DNA from: Dehalococcoidia bacterium
GTDB taxonomy: Bacteria; Chloroflexota; Dehalococcoidia; Dehalococcoidales; BS750m-G39
Assembly: GCA_011176635.1 (NCBI GenBank)
Contig: DUEC01000014.1
Location: forward strand, 1 to 52,387
Direction of reading: 5' to 3'
Length of the DNA: 52,387 bases
Shown: positions 35,463-43,414 of the stretch, in pieces
How the letters are laid out: each line of letters opens with the position of its first letter
Numbering within the stretch: position 1 is the stretch's first letter
Program-made: the position numbers and the translations under genes
Notes under the pieces: generated by a model
Seen by the model: the letters and a program-made list of their open reading frames with translations, nothing else
Told to the model about the DNA's origin: nothing
The model's database searches: none

Positions 35463-37115
35463 ATGAAACACGGCAAGATTTATTACCTGCTGGCACTGAG
35501 CATTGTCCTTGCCCTGCTGTTACCGGTATCGGCTACCCCTGCTCACGCCGCCGCCGGGGCTTTTCGGCTTGACCCCACCGAAGGCGAAATCGGCACCCTG
35601 ATTATAGTTGAAGGCTTCGCTTTCAATGTCGACACGATAGTCCATGTCTACTTCTCCAGCAATGAGGCCGTTTTCGGTGATGCCATTGACGTTAACGTTA
35701 CCGCCTACGAAAGGTTAGCGGCAACCTCGATTAACATTGACGGTGAGTTCACCACTCCCTACGCTTTCGCCGTGCCCGATGAGCTCAACGACGGCCCAGT
35801 TATCGAAGATGTGCACGGCGGCGACTATTATTTCTATGCCACTTACCTGGGCAGCCCGAACATAATAGCCCTGGCCAAATTTACCGTCATCGATGGTGAG
35901 ATTGTGCTATCCCATGCCGAGGGCGCGGTGGGCACCGAGGTCCAGATTAACGGTGAAGGTCTCCGTCCTAGCCAGAACATCACCGTCCAATATGATGGCG
36001 ACAACATCCCCATAGACAGCGGCGACACTACCACCGACGAAGACGGCTCGTTTACCTGCGCCATTACCATCCCGGAGAGCGTTAGCGGCAGCCATGTCAT
36101 CACCGTCATTGATGAGTCCGGCGACAGACCCGAGGCCGAGTTCAACGTGGTAGCGGAAATAGGCATAGAGCCAACCGAGCAGACAGCCGGGGAAGTGGTG
36201 ATAATCAGCGGCACCGGCTTTGGGCAGAGAGAGGATATAGCCATCACCCTGGCCAGCGAGGAGGTTGACACCACGCCAACAAGCATAAGCACCGATTTCT
36301 CTGGTAGCTTCTATGGCAGCTTTCTGGTACCTTTCCAGGGTGTCTCTGGTCCAATGGAAGTGGCCGCCATTGATGAGAGCCTCAACAGGGCTGAAGTCCA
36401 GTTGACTGTCTGGGGCGGCATTGTTTTAAACCCGACCACCAGCCTGGTTGCGCCCGGTCACGCCGGCATGGAGCTTGCCGTCCGCGGTGCCGGTTTTACC
36501 GTCGGGGCTACGGTTACCGTCAGCTACGGCAATAACGATGAGAGCACACCGATGGCTACGGTCCCCGTGGCTATTAATGGAGGTTTCCTGATAGAGTTTA
36601 TCGTCCCTTCAAGTCCGGCGGGGAGCTATATCATAACCGCCACCGACGGCACCAGCACGGCAACAGCCACCTTTATCATGGAATCACAGCCGCCGCCGAT
36701 GCCGGTGGCGCTACAGCCGAATGTTGGCGGTACCGCCGCGACCAGGGCATACTTTGACTGGCAAGATGCCGACGACGACAGCCAACCGGTAACCTATACC
36801 CTCCAGATTGCCTCCGATGCCGATTTCAACAACGTATTGCTGGAGCGGGAAGGCCTGCTCCTCTCGGCATACACCCTGTCTGAGGACGAGCGGCTGGAGC
36901 CAACCGAAGAGCGAGACCCCTACTACTGGAGGGTAAGGGCGGTAGACGGCGCTTTCAATGAGGGCGAGTGGACCTATCCCGTACTATTCTACGTTGGCTT
37001 TTCCTGGGCTGCAATACCCGCCTGGGCATGGTATATCTTCGGCGGGCTCATTATAGCCTTGGTCGGTATCTTCGGCTTGCGGGGGCGGAAAAAGGCGACA
37101 GGCGAAAAGAAATAG
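35463..37115 (+). CDS. Cell-surface protein with signal peptide, repeated IPT/TIG-like Ig domains, FN3-like domain and C-terminal membrane anchor
   Basis: Signal LALSIVLALLLPVSATPAHA. Recurrent G..I.V.G.GF strands (EGEIGTLIIVEGFAF, GTEVQINGEGL, GEVVIISGTGFG, MELAVRGAGF). YYWRVRAVD. C-terminal TM plus RGRKK. Confidence 0.65.
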   Translation: MKHGKIYYLLALSIVLALLLPVSATPAHAAAGAFRLDPTEGEIGTLIIVEGFAFNVDTIVHVYFSSNEAVFGDAIDVNVTAYERLAATSINIDGEFTTPYAFAVPDELNDGPVIEDVHGGDYYFYATYLGSPNIIALAKFTVIDGEIVLSHAEGAVGTEVQINGEGLRPSQNITVQYDGDNIPIDSGDTTTDEDGSFTCAITIPESVSGSHVITVIDESGDRPEAEFNVVAEIGIEPTEQTAGEVVIISGTGFGQREDIAITLASEEVDTTPTSISTDFSGSFYGSFLVPFQGVSGPMEVAAIDESLNRAEVQLTVWGGIVLNPTTSLVAPGHAGMELAVRGAGFTVGATVTVSYGNNDESTPMATVPVAINGGFLIEFIVPSSPAGSYIITATDGTSTATATFIMESQPPPMPVALQPNVGGTAATRAYFDWQDADDDSQPVTYTLQIASDADFNNVLLEREGLLLSAYTLSEDERLEPTEERDPYYWRVRAVDGAFNEGEWTYPVLFYVGFSWAAIPAWAWYIFGGLIIALVGIFGLRGRKKATGEKK

Positions 37116-38072
37116 CTATCTGACTTTAAGCGTAACCTGAATTTCGCCGCCTTTCCTGACCACCTGTTCCACAACCGGAATCTCTCTCAGGATGCCGAGC
37201 AGAGGAATCGGCTCCTCGGCGGAGACGACAATTCGGCTGCCCTTATCCACCGAACCCCCGACCAATACCAGGCGCAGGTTTTCCACCTGGCCCAGCTCTT
37301 TCCCCAGATTCTCCAGCTGAGCTAAGTCTATCGGCGGCATTATGACCAGTTCCACCATCCCCTCATAGGGCCTGGCCATTACCGCCGCCTCCGCTTCCTC
37401 CCCACCTGCCTCCTCAGCTTGTTTGGCCTCTTTGGCTTCCCGCTTAGCCTTATCCTTGGCCTCTTTAGCCTCTTTTTTGGCCTTCTCCTTGGCTTCTTTG
37501 GCCTCCTGCTTCGCCTTCTCTTCAACTTCTTTGGCTGCCTTTTGAGCTTGCTCTGCGGTCGTTTCCTCGGCTGACTCTTTGGTTTGCTCTTCAGCCTCTT
37601 TAGGTTCTTCCTTAGCTATTTCCTCAGCTTCTTTGGCTTCCTCTTCGGCCGCCTTGGCCTCTTTAGCCTCTTTTTTGACTTCTTCTTTTGCCTTCTCCCC
37701 GGCCTCTTTCTCAACTTCCTTAGCTTCTTCCTTAGCCTTCTCCTCAGCCTCTTTCTCGGCTTCCTGCTTCGCCTTTTCCTCGGCTGCCTGTTTAGCCTGC
37801 TCCTCGGCTTCCTTTCGAGCTTGCTCTTCAGCCTCTCTTTGAGCTTCTTCTTCAGCTTCCCTTTGAGCCTTCTCTTCGGCCGCCTTAGCTTCCTCCCTGG
37901 CCCTCTCCTCAGCCTCCTGAGCTTCCCTCTCGGCCCTCTCCTGGGCTTCCTTAGCCTCCCCACCCCCCTTCCTTATCTTGGGCTTATTGCCCGGGCTGCT
38001 CCTCATCACGGGGTAGCCGCACCACTGGCAATAGTCACCGGTAGTCTCTCGGCCGCAATTAGGACAAATCAT
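37116..38072 (-). CDS. Zinc-ribbon protein with long Lys/Glu/Ala-rich coiled-coil-like repeat and small C-terminal globular domain
   Basis: N-terminus MICPNCGRETTGDYCQWCGYP, then ~200 aa of EEKA/KEAE repeats, then a C-terminal ~90 aa non-repetitive domain. A promoter lies upstream. Confidence 0.7.
   Translation of the reverse strand: MICPNCGRETTGDYCQWCGYPVMRSSPGNKPKIRKGGGEAKEAQERAEREAQEAEERAREEAKAAEEKAQREAEEEAQREAEEQARKEAEEQAKQAAEEKAKQEAEKEAEEKAKEEAKEVEKEAGEKAKEEVKKEAKEAKAAEEEAKEAEEIAKEEPKEAEEQTKESAEETTAEQAQKAAKEVEEKAKQEAKEAKEKAKKEAKEAKDKAKREAKEAKQAEEAGGEEAEAAVMARPYEGMVELVIMPPIDLAQLENLGKELGQVENLRLVLVGGSVDKGSRIVVSAEEPIPLLGILREIPVVEQVVRKGGEIQVTLKVR
37390..37960. repeat. Degenerate coding tandem repeat (GCCTC/TTCCTT-rich on +; encodes the KE-rich segment on -)
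   Basis: The low complexity is visible in the sequence and produces long spurious ORFs in other frames. Confidence 0.7.
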
Positions 38073-38106
38073 TTTGCACCCAGCCTGCTTTTAAACGCTG
38101 GTCTAA

Positions 38107-38135
38107 AGTATAGAGACTGATAAAAGCCTTGTCAA
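38107..38135 (-). promoter_or_regulatory. Promoter of the KE-rich zinc-ribbon gene (TTGACA-17-TATACT)
   Basis: On the minus strand, -35 is at 38130-38135 and -10 at 38107-38112, ~35 nt upstream of ATG 38072. Confidence 0.5.
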
Positions 38136-38143
38136 TCACTTTT

Positions 38144-38159
38144 TAGGACTTTAGTCCTA
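38144..38159. promoter_or_regulatory. Palindrome TAGGACT-TT-AGTCCTA in the divergent intergenic region (candidate operator)
   Basis: 7-bp perfect arms located 9 nt upstream of the -35 above. The GGACTA half-site recurs in the region upstream of the pilin gene. Confidence 0.4.
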
Positions 38160-38266
38160 TGACCATTGGCTATTCAATTTGACCCATTTGGGTGATTGCG
38201 CCTCGAAATGAGATAAGTTATATTAGTTAGTGTGAGTTTAAGGTAGCCTGAGGGAGGAAGCTAGCC

Positions 38267-38539
38267 ATGGTAAATTCAAAAAAAATCGACCCCATGCTGA
38301 CGACGAGCGATGTCGCTCGCCTTCTCAACATACACATAAACACGGTAAGGCGATGGAGCAACCAGGGGATACTAAAGACATACCGCATCGGCTCCCGAGG
38401 TGACCGCAGGTTCCGCCAGGAGGATATTACCAGCTTCCTCTCACAAGAATTAAAAAGGGCGGAAGTGGGGGGAGGGGAAAACTTTGAAAAACCACCCGCT
38501 GGAGACGTCAATAAGTTATTAGTCAATTCCAAGGTATAA
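38267..38539 (+). CDS. Excisionase/MerR-type helix-turn-helix DNA-binding protein
   Basis: MLTTSDVARLLNIHINTVRRWSNQGILKTYRIGSRGDRRFRQEDI is a classic HTH_17-like sequence. GGGAGG SD upstream. Confidence 0.75.
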   Translation: MVNSKKIDPMLTTSDVARLLNIHINTVRRWSNQGILKTYRIGSRGDRRFRQEDITSFLSQELKRAEVGGGENFEKPPAGDVNKLLVNSKV

Positions 38540-38561
38540 AACTTAAATCAGGAGGTGACTG

Positions 38562-39257
38562 GTGGACAAAATCACGGTGATGATAATCGACGAGCAAGAA
38601 TTTTTTCGGACCGGTGTACGCCAGGTACTATCGCAGCAACAGGACTTCAAAATAATAGACTGCGACCCAGCCCAGAAGCCATTGGAGCTAATTGAAGCCA
38701 ACCTCCCTGATGTCGCCCTGTTGGGCTCCGACCTGGCTACCTTCAGCGGTCTGGAACTGGGCAGAACAATCGCCCGGCTCTACCCCAATACCAAAGTGAT
38801 AATGCTGAGCCCCAATCCCAACGACGAGGAGCTCTTCGAGGTTATTAAGACCGCCGCCGTAGCCTGCTTAAATAAGAAGGCTTCCGCCGAAGAGCTGGTC
38901 AGCACTATCAGACGGGCCTCAAACGGGGAATACCCCATCAATGAAAGCCTTACCACCAGACCCACCATTGCCAAGCAGGTCTTAAAGCAATTTCAGGATA
39001 TAGCATCAATAGGAAAAGCCATGGAGGCGGTATCCGCCCCCCTCACCAAAAGGGAGGCGCAGATTCTGAACTATATCGCCGCCGGCAACTCAAATAAACA
39101 AATCGCCTACATCCTGAGTATCAGTGAGCAGACAATCAAGAACCATGTCAGTTCCATTCTACGCAAACTAAACGCCAATGATAGAGCCCATGCTGTTGCC
39201 CTGGCCATGCGCAACGGCTGGCTTTTAGGTGAGCAAAAACCAGGGGAGGCGTCCTAA
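38562..39257 (+). CDS. NarL/LuxR-family response regulator (receiver + GerE-type HTH), GTG start
   Basis: Receiver-like N-terminus, and C-terminal LTKREAQILNYIAAGNSNKQIAYILSISEQTIKNHVSSILRKL. Confidence 0.8.
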   Translation: MDKITVMIIDEQEFFRTGVRQVLSQQQDFKIIDCDPAQKPLELIEANLPDVALLGSDLATFSGLELGRTIARLYPNTKVIMLSPNPNDEELFEVIKTAAVACLNKKASAEELVSTIRRASNGEYPINESLTTRPTIAKQVLKQFQDIASIGKAMEAVSAPLTKREAQILNYIAAGNSNKQIAYILSISEQTIKNHVSSILRKLNANDRAHAVALAMRNGWLLGEQKPGEAS

Positions 39258-39268
39258 TAAGCTCTGGA

Positions 39269-41710
39269 ATGAAAGCCGAACATCGGTTTCAGGTCCGGGA
39301 TTTTAAGGATGGAGAGAATAAAGTGCCGCAATTAGGAATTAAACAAGACGCAAAGTCCCAGGTCATAGAACACCTGGAAGAACAGGGTTACAAAGTAACC
39401 GAAGGGGCTAAACTCCTGGGGAAGTCAGGGGTTGAGCATACCTTTGACATACTGGCGCAGAGGGATAACGGCTCTACCCCTCACACCATTGCTATCTGTA
39501 TTACCGCCGGAAGCGATAGCGAGACCGAGGGGGGCTCTGTCTTTAGCTTTGCCACCAGAGCCTACGACGCCAGCGTTGAGGAAAAGATTCTTATCGCCAT
39601 CCCTGAGCTTGGCCAGGAAGCCAAGGAACTGGCCAAAAAGCAACGGATAAAGGTCATCGATGAGGAAGAAATAGGTTCGTTGCTTGACTTCAAGCCCCTA
39701 TCGCCATTCAAGCTGGAGGAGCTCAGCTTTGAAAGCAAGAAGCAACTGACGGAATCCCTGGCCGAGATGGGCTACCAGATTGAGGAAAAATCCAAGGTTA
39801 GAGGCCGGTCAGGGGTTGAACATACCTTTGATATATTGGCTTATGCCGACATAGAGGGAGTTGGTCACAGCCTGGGCATAGATTTCCTGGAGGGGGAAAG
39901 GGAGATAACCCTGGAACAGTTAGCCATATTTGATACCAAAGCCTACGAGGTGGGCATTGACGACAAGGTCATCGCCACCTCACTGCCGCTAAGCCCCCAG
40001 GCCCAGCAATTTACCCAGCAACAGCGGATAAGGGTCATTAAGTCAAAGAAGGGGAAGGGAAGCGCCGCTCAAGCCACCTCGGGCAAAGAAAAGCCGGCCC
40101 TAACAGATGAGAAGCCGACCATGATGGAGGAGAAACCGGCATCAGCAGAGGAGAAGCCGACCATGATAGAGGAGAGGCCGGCCAAAGAAGAGAAGCCAGC
40201 GGCTCCAGTGGCTGGACCCGAGTTCAAACAGTTGAGGCACGCGCCTCAGCCTGAAGCACTGCAGTTAATCCCCGAGGTGATAGCCAGAAGGTACAATGCC
40301 ATGCCCCTGGCTATATCCGGTCACACATTACAGGTAGCTATGGCCGACCCCAGCGATATATTCGCCCTGGAGGCTTTCTCCGCCTTAAGCCGGATGAGGA
40401 TTAAACCTATAGCCGCCGGCGCCAACGAGGTCAGGGAGGCTATCGACTTTAACTATAAAGGCTACGGCGAGATTGAAAAACAGCTTTCCCGTATCTCTTC
40501 CCCCGATGAGACCAACGCCGAGAGACTAGCCATTACCGCCGATACCGATGCCCCCTTAGCTCAGGCCCTTAACCTTATTATTGAAGAGGCGGTCAAAGCC
40601 CGCTCATCTGATATCCACATCGAGCCGGAAGAGGACCGCTTAAGGGTGCGCTACCGCATCGACGGCACCCTCCAGGACATGATGTCCCTGCCGCTGAACA
40701 TACACCTGGCCCTCGTTTCCCGAATCAAAATCCTGGCCGATTTGAACATCGCCGACCGCCACCGCCCCCAGGACGGCCAGTTCTCCACCGAGGCTAAAGG
40801 GCGGCAAATAGATATCAGGGTGGCTACTGCCCCCACGGTCAGTGGCGAGATGGCGTCGCTGCGCCTGTTGGACAAGTCGGTGGCTACTATAGGCATACCC
40901 GAGCTTGGCATGCTACCTGATAGCCTGGAAAAGTATGAAAATATGCTAAAAGTGCCCTACGGCATGATTCTGATTAGCGGTCCTACCGGCGCTGGTAAGA
41001 CTACCACCCTTTATGCCTCAATCAACTCCCTTGACTGCCTGGGGAGAAACATCATCACCATTGAAGACCCCGCCGAGTATCGGTTTAAGGATATCAACCA
41101 GATTCAGGTCAACCCTCAAGCCGGCATCACCTTTGCCACTGGCTTGAGGAGCATACTCCGCCTTGACCCCGACGTGATAATGGTCGGTGAGATACGTGAC
41201 GGCGAAACAGCTAACATAGCGGTTCAAGCCGCCCTGACCGGCCACCTGATGCTATCTTCTGTCCATGCCAGCGATTCAGCCGGCGTGCTATCCCGTCTAC
41301 TTGACCTGGACATAGAGCCCTTCCTAATCGCCTCAGCCGTTATCGGGGTTGTGGCCCAGCGGATGGTGCGCCGCGTTTGTCCTGATTGTGGCCATCCTAT
41401 TGAGGCCCCAATGGTAGAGCAGATGGCTTACCAAAAGGAAATCGGGGAGAAGCGGGCTGAATTCGTATACGGCACCGGCTGCAAGTCATGTGCTTACACC
41501 GGTTATCTGGGGCGAACCGGAATCTTCGAGATTCTAGCCATGAGCGACACCATAAGGGCGATGATTACCAGCCAGACGAACAGTAGTGATATCCATGCCC
41601 AGGCAATTAAGGAGGGCATGGTAACCATGATGAACGATGGTATGCGTAAAGTTAAGGAAGGCATCACCACACCCTCCGAGGTGTTGCGCAATGCCTACTC
41701 TGCAGACTAG
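39269..41710 (+). CDS. pilB: PilB/GspE-family pilus assembly ATPase with an unusual N-terminal extension (two Mrr-like modules + EKP repeat)
   Basis: T2SSE_N-like region (LIPEVIARRYNAMPLA..), Walker A GPTGAGKTTT, Asp/His boxes, and a tetracysteine motif (CPDC..CKSC). An alternative start is GTG 39323. Confidence 0.85.
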   Translation: MKAEHRFQVRDFKDGENKVPQLGIKQDAKSQVIEHLEEQGYKVTEGAKLLGKSGVEHTFDILAQRDNGSTPHTIAICITAGSDSETEGGSVFSFATRAYDASVEEKILIAIPELGQEAKELAKKQRIKVIDEEEIGSLLDFKPLSPFKLEELSFESKKQLTESLAEMGYQIEEKSKVRGRSGVEHTFDILAYADIEGVGHSLGIDFLEGEREITLEQLAIFDTKAYEVGIDDKVIATSLPLSPQAQQFTQQQRIRVIKSKKGKGSAAQATSGKEKPALTDEKPTMMEEKPASAEEKPTMIEERPAKEEKPAAPVAGPEFKQLRHAPQPEALQLIPEVIARRYNAMPLAISGHTLQVAMADPSDIFALEAFSALSRMRIKPIAAGANEVREAIDFNYKGYGEIEKQLSRISSPDETNAERLAITADTDAPLAQALNLIIEEAVKARSSDIHIEPEEDRLRVRYRIDGTLQDMMSLPLNIHLALVSRIKILADLNIADRHRPQDGQFSTEAKGRQIDIRVATAPTVSGEMASLRLLDKSVATIGIPELGMLPDSLEKYENMLKVPYGMILISGPTGAGKTTTLYASINSLDCLGRNIITIEDPAEYRFKDINQIQVNPQAGITFATGLRSILRLDPDVIMVGEIRDGETANIAVQAALTGHLMLSSVHASDSAGVLSRLLDLDIEPFLIASAVIGVVAQRMVRRVCPDCGHPIEAPMVEQMAYQKEIGEKRAEFVYGTGCKSCAYTGYLGRTGIFEILAMSDTIRAMITSQTNSSDIHAQAIKEGMVTMMNDGMRKVKEGITTPSEVLRNAYSAD

Positions 41711-41731
41711 AGGACTGGGGAGAGCTAAAAA

Positions 41732-42943
41732 ATGGATTATCAATATGTAGCCTATACCGAAGATAGAACGCTGGTCAAAGGCAGGCTTTCGGCTACCAAC
41801 GAAGAAGCCGCCATAAATCTGCTCAGCTACGGCGGCTATCAAACAGTCAGCCTGAAGGAGATAACTCCCTTTTTCAATAGAGAAAAGCTGGCCGCCCGCT
41901 TTACCCGGGTAAAGTCAAGAGAAATTATAATGTTTGCCCGCCAGCTAGCTTTGCTGCTTGAATCGGGCACTGATATCGTTACCTCTCTAGAGCTACTACA
42001 GAGCCAGGTAACCAACAAAACCCTGCAGCGGGTAATTGGCGCGGTAGCCGCCGACATTCGCGGCGGTAGCTCGTTATCCAACGCCCTGAGCAAGCACCCC
42101 CGGGCTTTCCCTGAACTCTTCCACCGGACAATAGCCGCCGGCGAGCAGAGCGGCAACCTGGAGATAGTCTTAAGACAGATTGCCGATTATATGGAGAGAG
42201 GGGCCAACACCGAAAAGAGGATTAAAAGCGCCTTGACCTACCCCATTATCATTGTCGTTGTCGCCGTGTTGGTGATAAGCGTACTGGTCATCTTTGTTCT
42301 GCCCGCCTTTACCAGCCTGTACTCCAGCCTCGGCGCCGAACTACCCCTGATCACCAGGATGCTTATTGGCATATCCGACTTTCTCATCAGTTACGGGCTC
42401 TTTATTCTGCTGGCGCTGGTAGCGGCCGTTGTCGTTGGCTACCTTTATGCCAGAACGCCAGCCGGGAAATACCAGCTTGATAAACTATTACTCCGTGCCC
42501 CCGTAATCGGGCGGATTACCCAGCTCAGCGAGCTTTCCCGTTGTTGCCGGACGATGTCACTCCTGTTCAGAGTCGGCTTACCCTTACCCGACGTCATGAC
42601 TCAGGCTATCCACGGCACCAAGAATAAGATTGTGCGCCAGTCTCTGAGCGAGGTCCAGCAGGAGCTGATTAGAGGCGAAGGCTTATCCAAGCCTATGGCC
42701 AAGAGGAAGCTCTTCCTGCCCTTGATGGTGCAGATGGCCGGAGTCGGCGAGGAAACCGGTAACCTTGATAACACGCTGGCTACAGTAGCCCAGACCTACG
42801 AGGTTGAGGCTGATGACAGGACCAGCTCGGCGGTAGGGCTTATTCAGCCAGCCATAACCGTAGCCATAGGCTTAGCCGTTGCTTTCCTGGCCGTAGCCCT
42901 GGTCTCATCCATGTATTCTATCTACGGGCAGACGACTTTCTAG
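41732..42943 (+). CDS. pilC: PilC/GspF-family pilus platform membrane protein
   Basis: Two T2SSF-like repeats, three TM segments, 403 aa. Confidence 0.85.
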   Translation: MDYQYVAYTEDRTLVKGRLSATNEEAAINLLSYGGYQTVSLKEITPFFNREKLAARFTRVKSREIIMFARQLALLLESGTDIVTSLELLQSQVTNKTLQRVIGAVAADIRGGSSLSNALSKHPRAFPELFHRTIAAGEQSGNLEIVLRQIADYMERGANTEKRIKSALTYPIIIVVVAVLVISVLVIFVLPAFTSLYSSLGAELPLITRMLIGISDFLISYGLFILLALVAAVVVGYLYARTPAGKYQLDKLLLRAPVIGRITQLSELSRCCRTMSLLFRVGLPLPDVMTQAIHGTKNKIVRQSLSEVQQELIRGEGLSKPMAKRKLFLPLMVQMAGVGEETGNLDNTLATVAQTYEVEADDRTSSAVGLIQPAITVAIGLAVAFLAVALVSSMYSIYGQTTF

Positions 42944-42955
42944 AGGTAAAGATAG

Positions 42956-43414
42956 ATGAAAAACGAAAAAGGCTTTACCTTAATCGGAGTGATGATAGCC
43001 CTGGCCCTGCTGGGCGTAATTGCCGTCGCCTTCCTCGGCGCTCTGGCTACGGCATCCCACGCTATCATTGTCGCCGATGAGCATGCCACTGCCGAGAGCA
43101 TAGCCAGAAGCCAGATGGAATACGTTAAAAACCAGCCCTACATCCCCGCCACTGATTATGACCCTGACGTACCTGGAAGCGGCCAGGTAACCTATGAAAT
43201 ACTTACCGTACTTACCGACATCCCCGATGGCTATGTTATCTGCAGTATCGACCGTAACGGTTATACCGTCCCCAACGCCGTATTTGGCGTTCCCTGGGAC
43301 AGCCAGAATAACCAGCCGGCGGACACCGATTCCGGGATACAGAGAATAAGTTTGATTATCATGCACTACGATAAGGAAATAATGACATTAGAGAACTACA
43401 AGGTGAACCGATGA
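42956..43414 (+). CDS. Prepilin-type minor pilin/pseudopilin
   Basis: N-terminus MKNEKG/FTLIGVMIALALLGVIAV, a class III signal peptide. Confidence 0.75.
   Translation: MKNEKGFTLIGVMIALALLGVIAVAFLGALATASHAIIVADEHATAESIARSQMEYVKNQPYIPATDYDPDVPGSGQVTYEILTVLTDIPDGYVICSIDRNGYTVPNAVFGVPWDSQNNQPADTDSGIQRISLIIMHYDKEIMTLENYKVNR

Noticed and set aside
37390-37960. Possible CRISPR array or non-coding tandem repeat
   Set aside because: The repeats are short, degenerate and fully inside an ORF, with no unique spacers. I saw no CRISPR-like repeat-spacer structure or cas genes anywhere in the window.
37579-38120. Several long ORFs (37579-37842 +, 37584-38120 +, 37616-37963 -) inside the KE-rich gene
   Set aside because: They are low-complexity products (Ser/Leu/Phe-rich or Arg/Lys-rich) of reading the degenerate tandem repeat in other frames. 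Only the 37116-38072 minus frame has a zinc ribbon, a promoter and a non-repetitive C-terminal domain.
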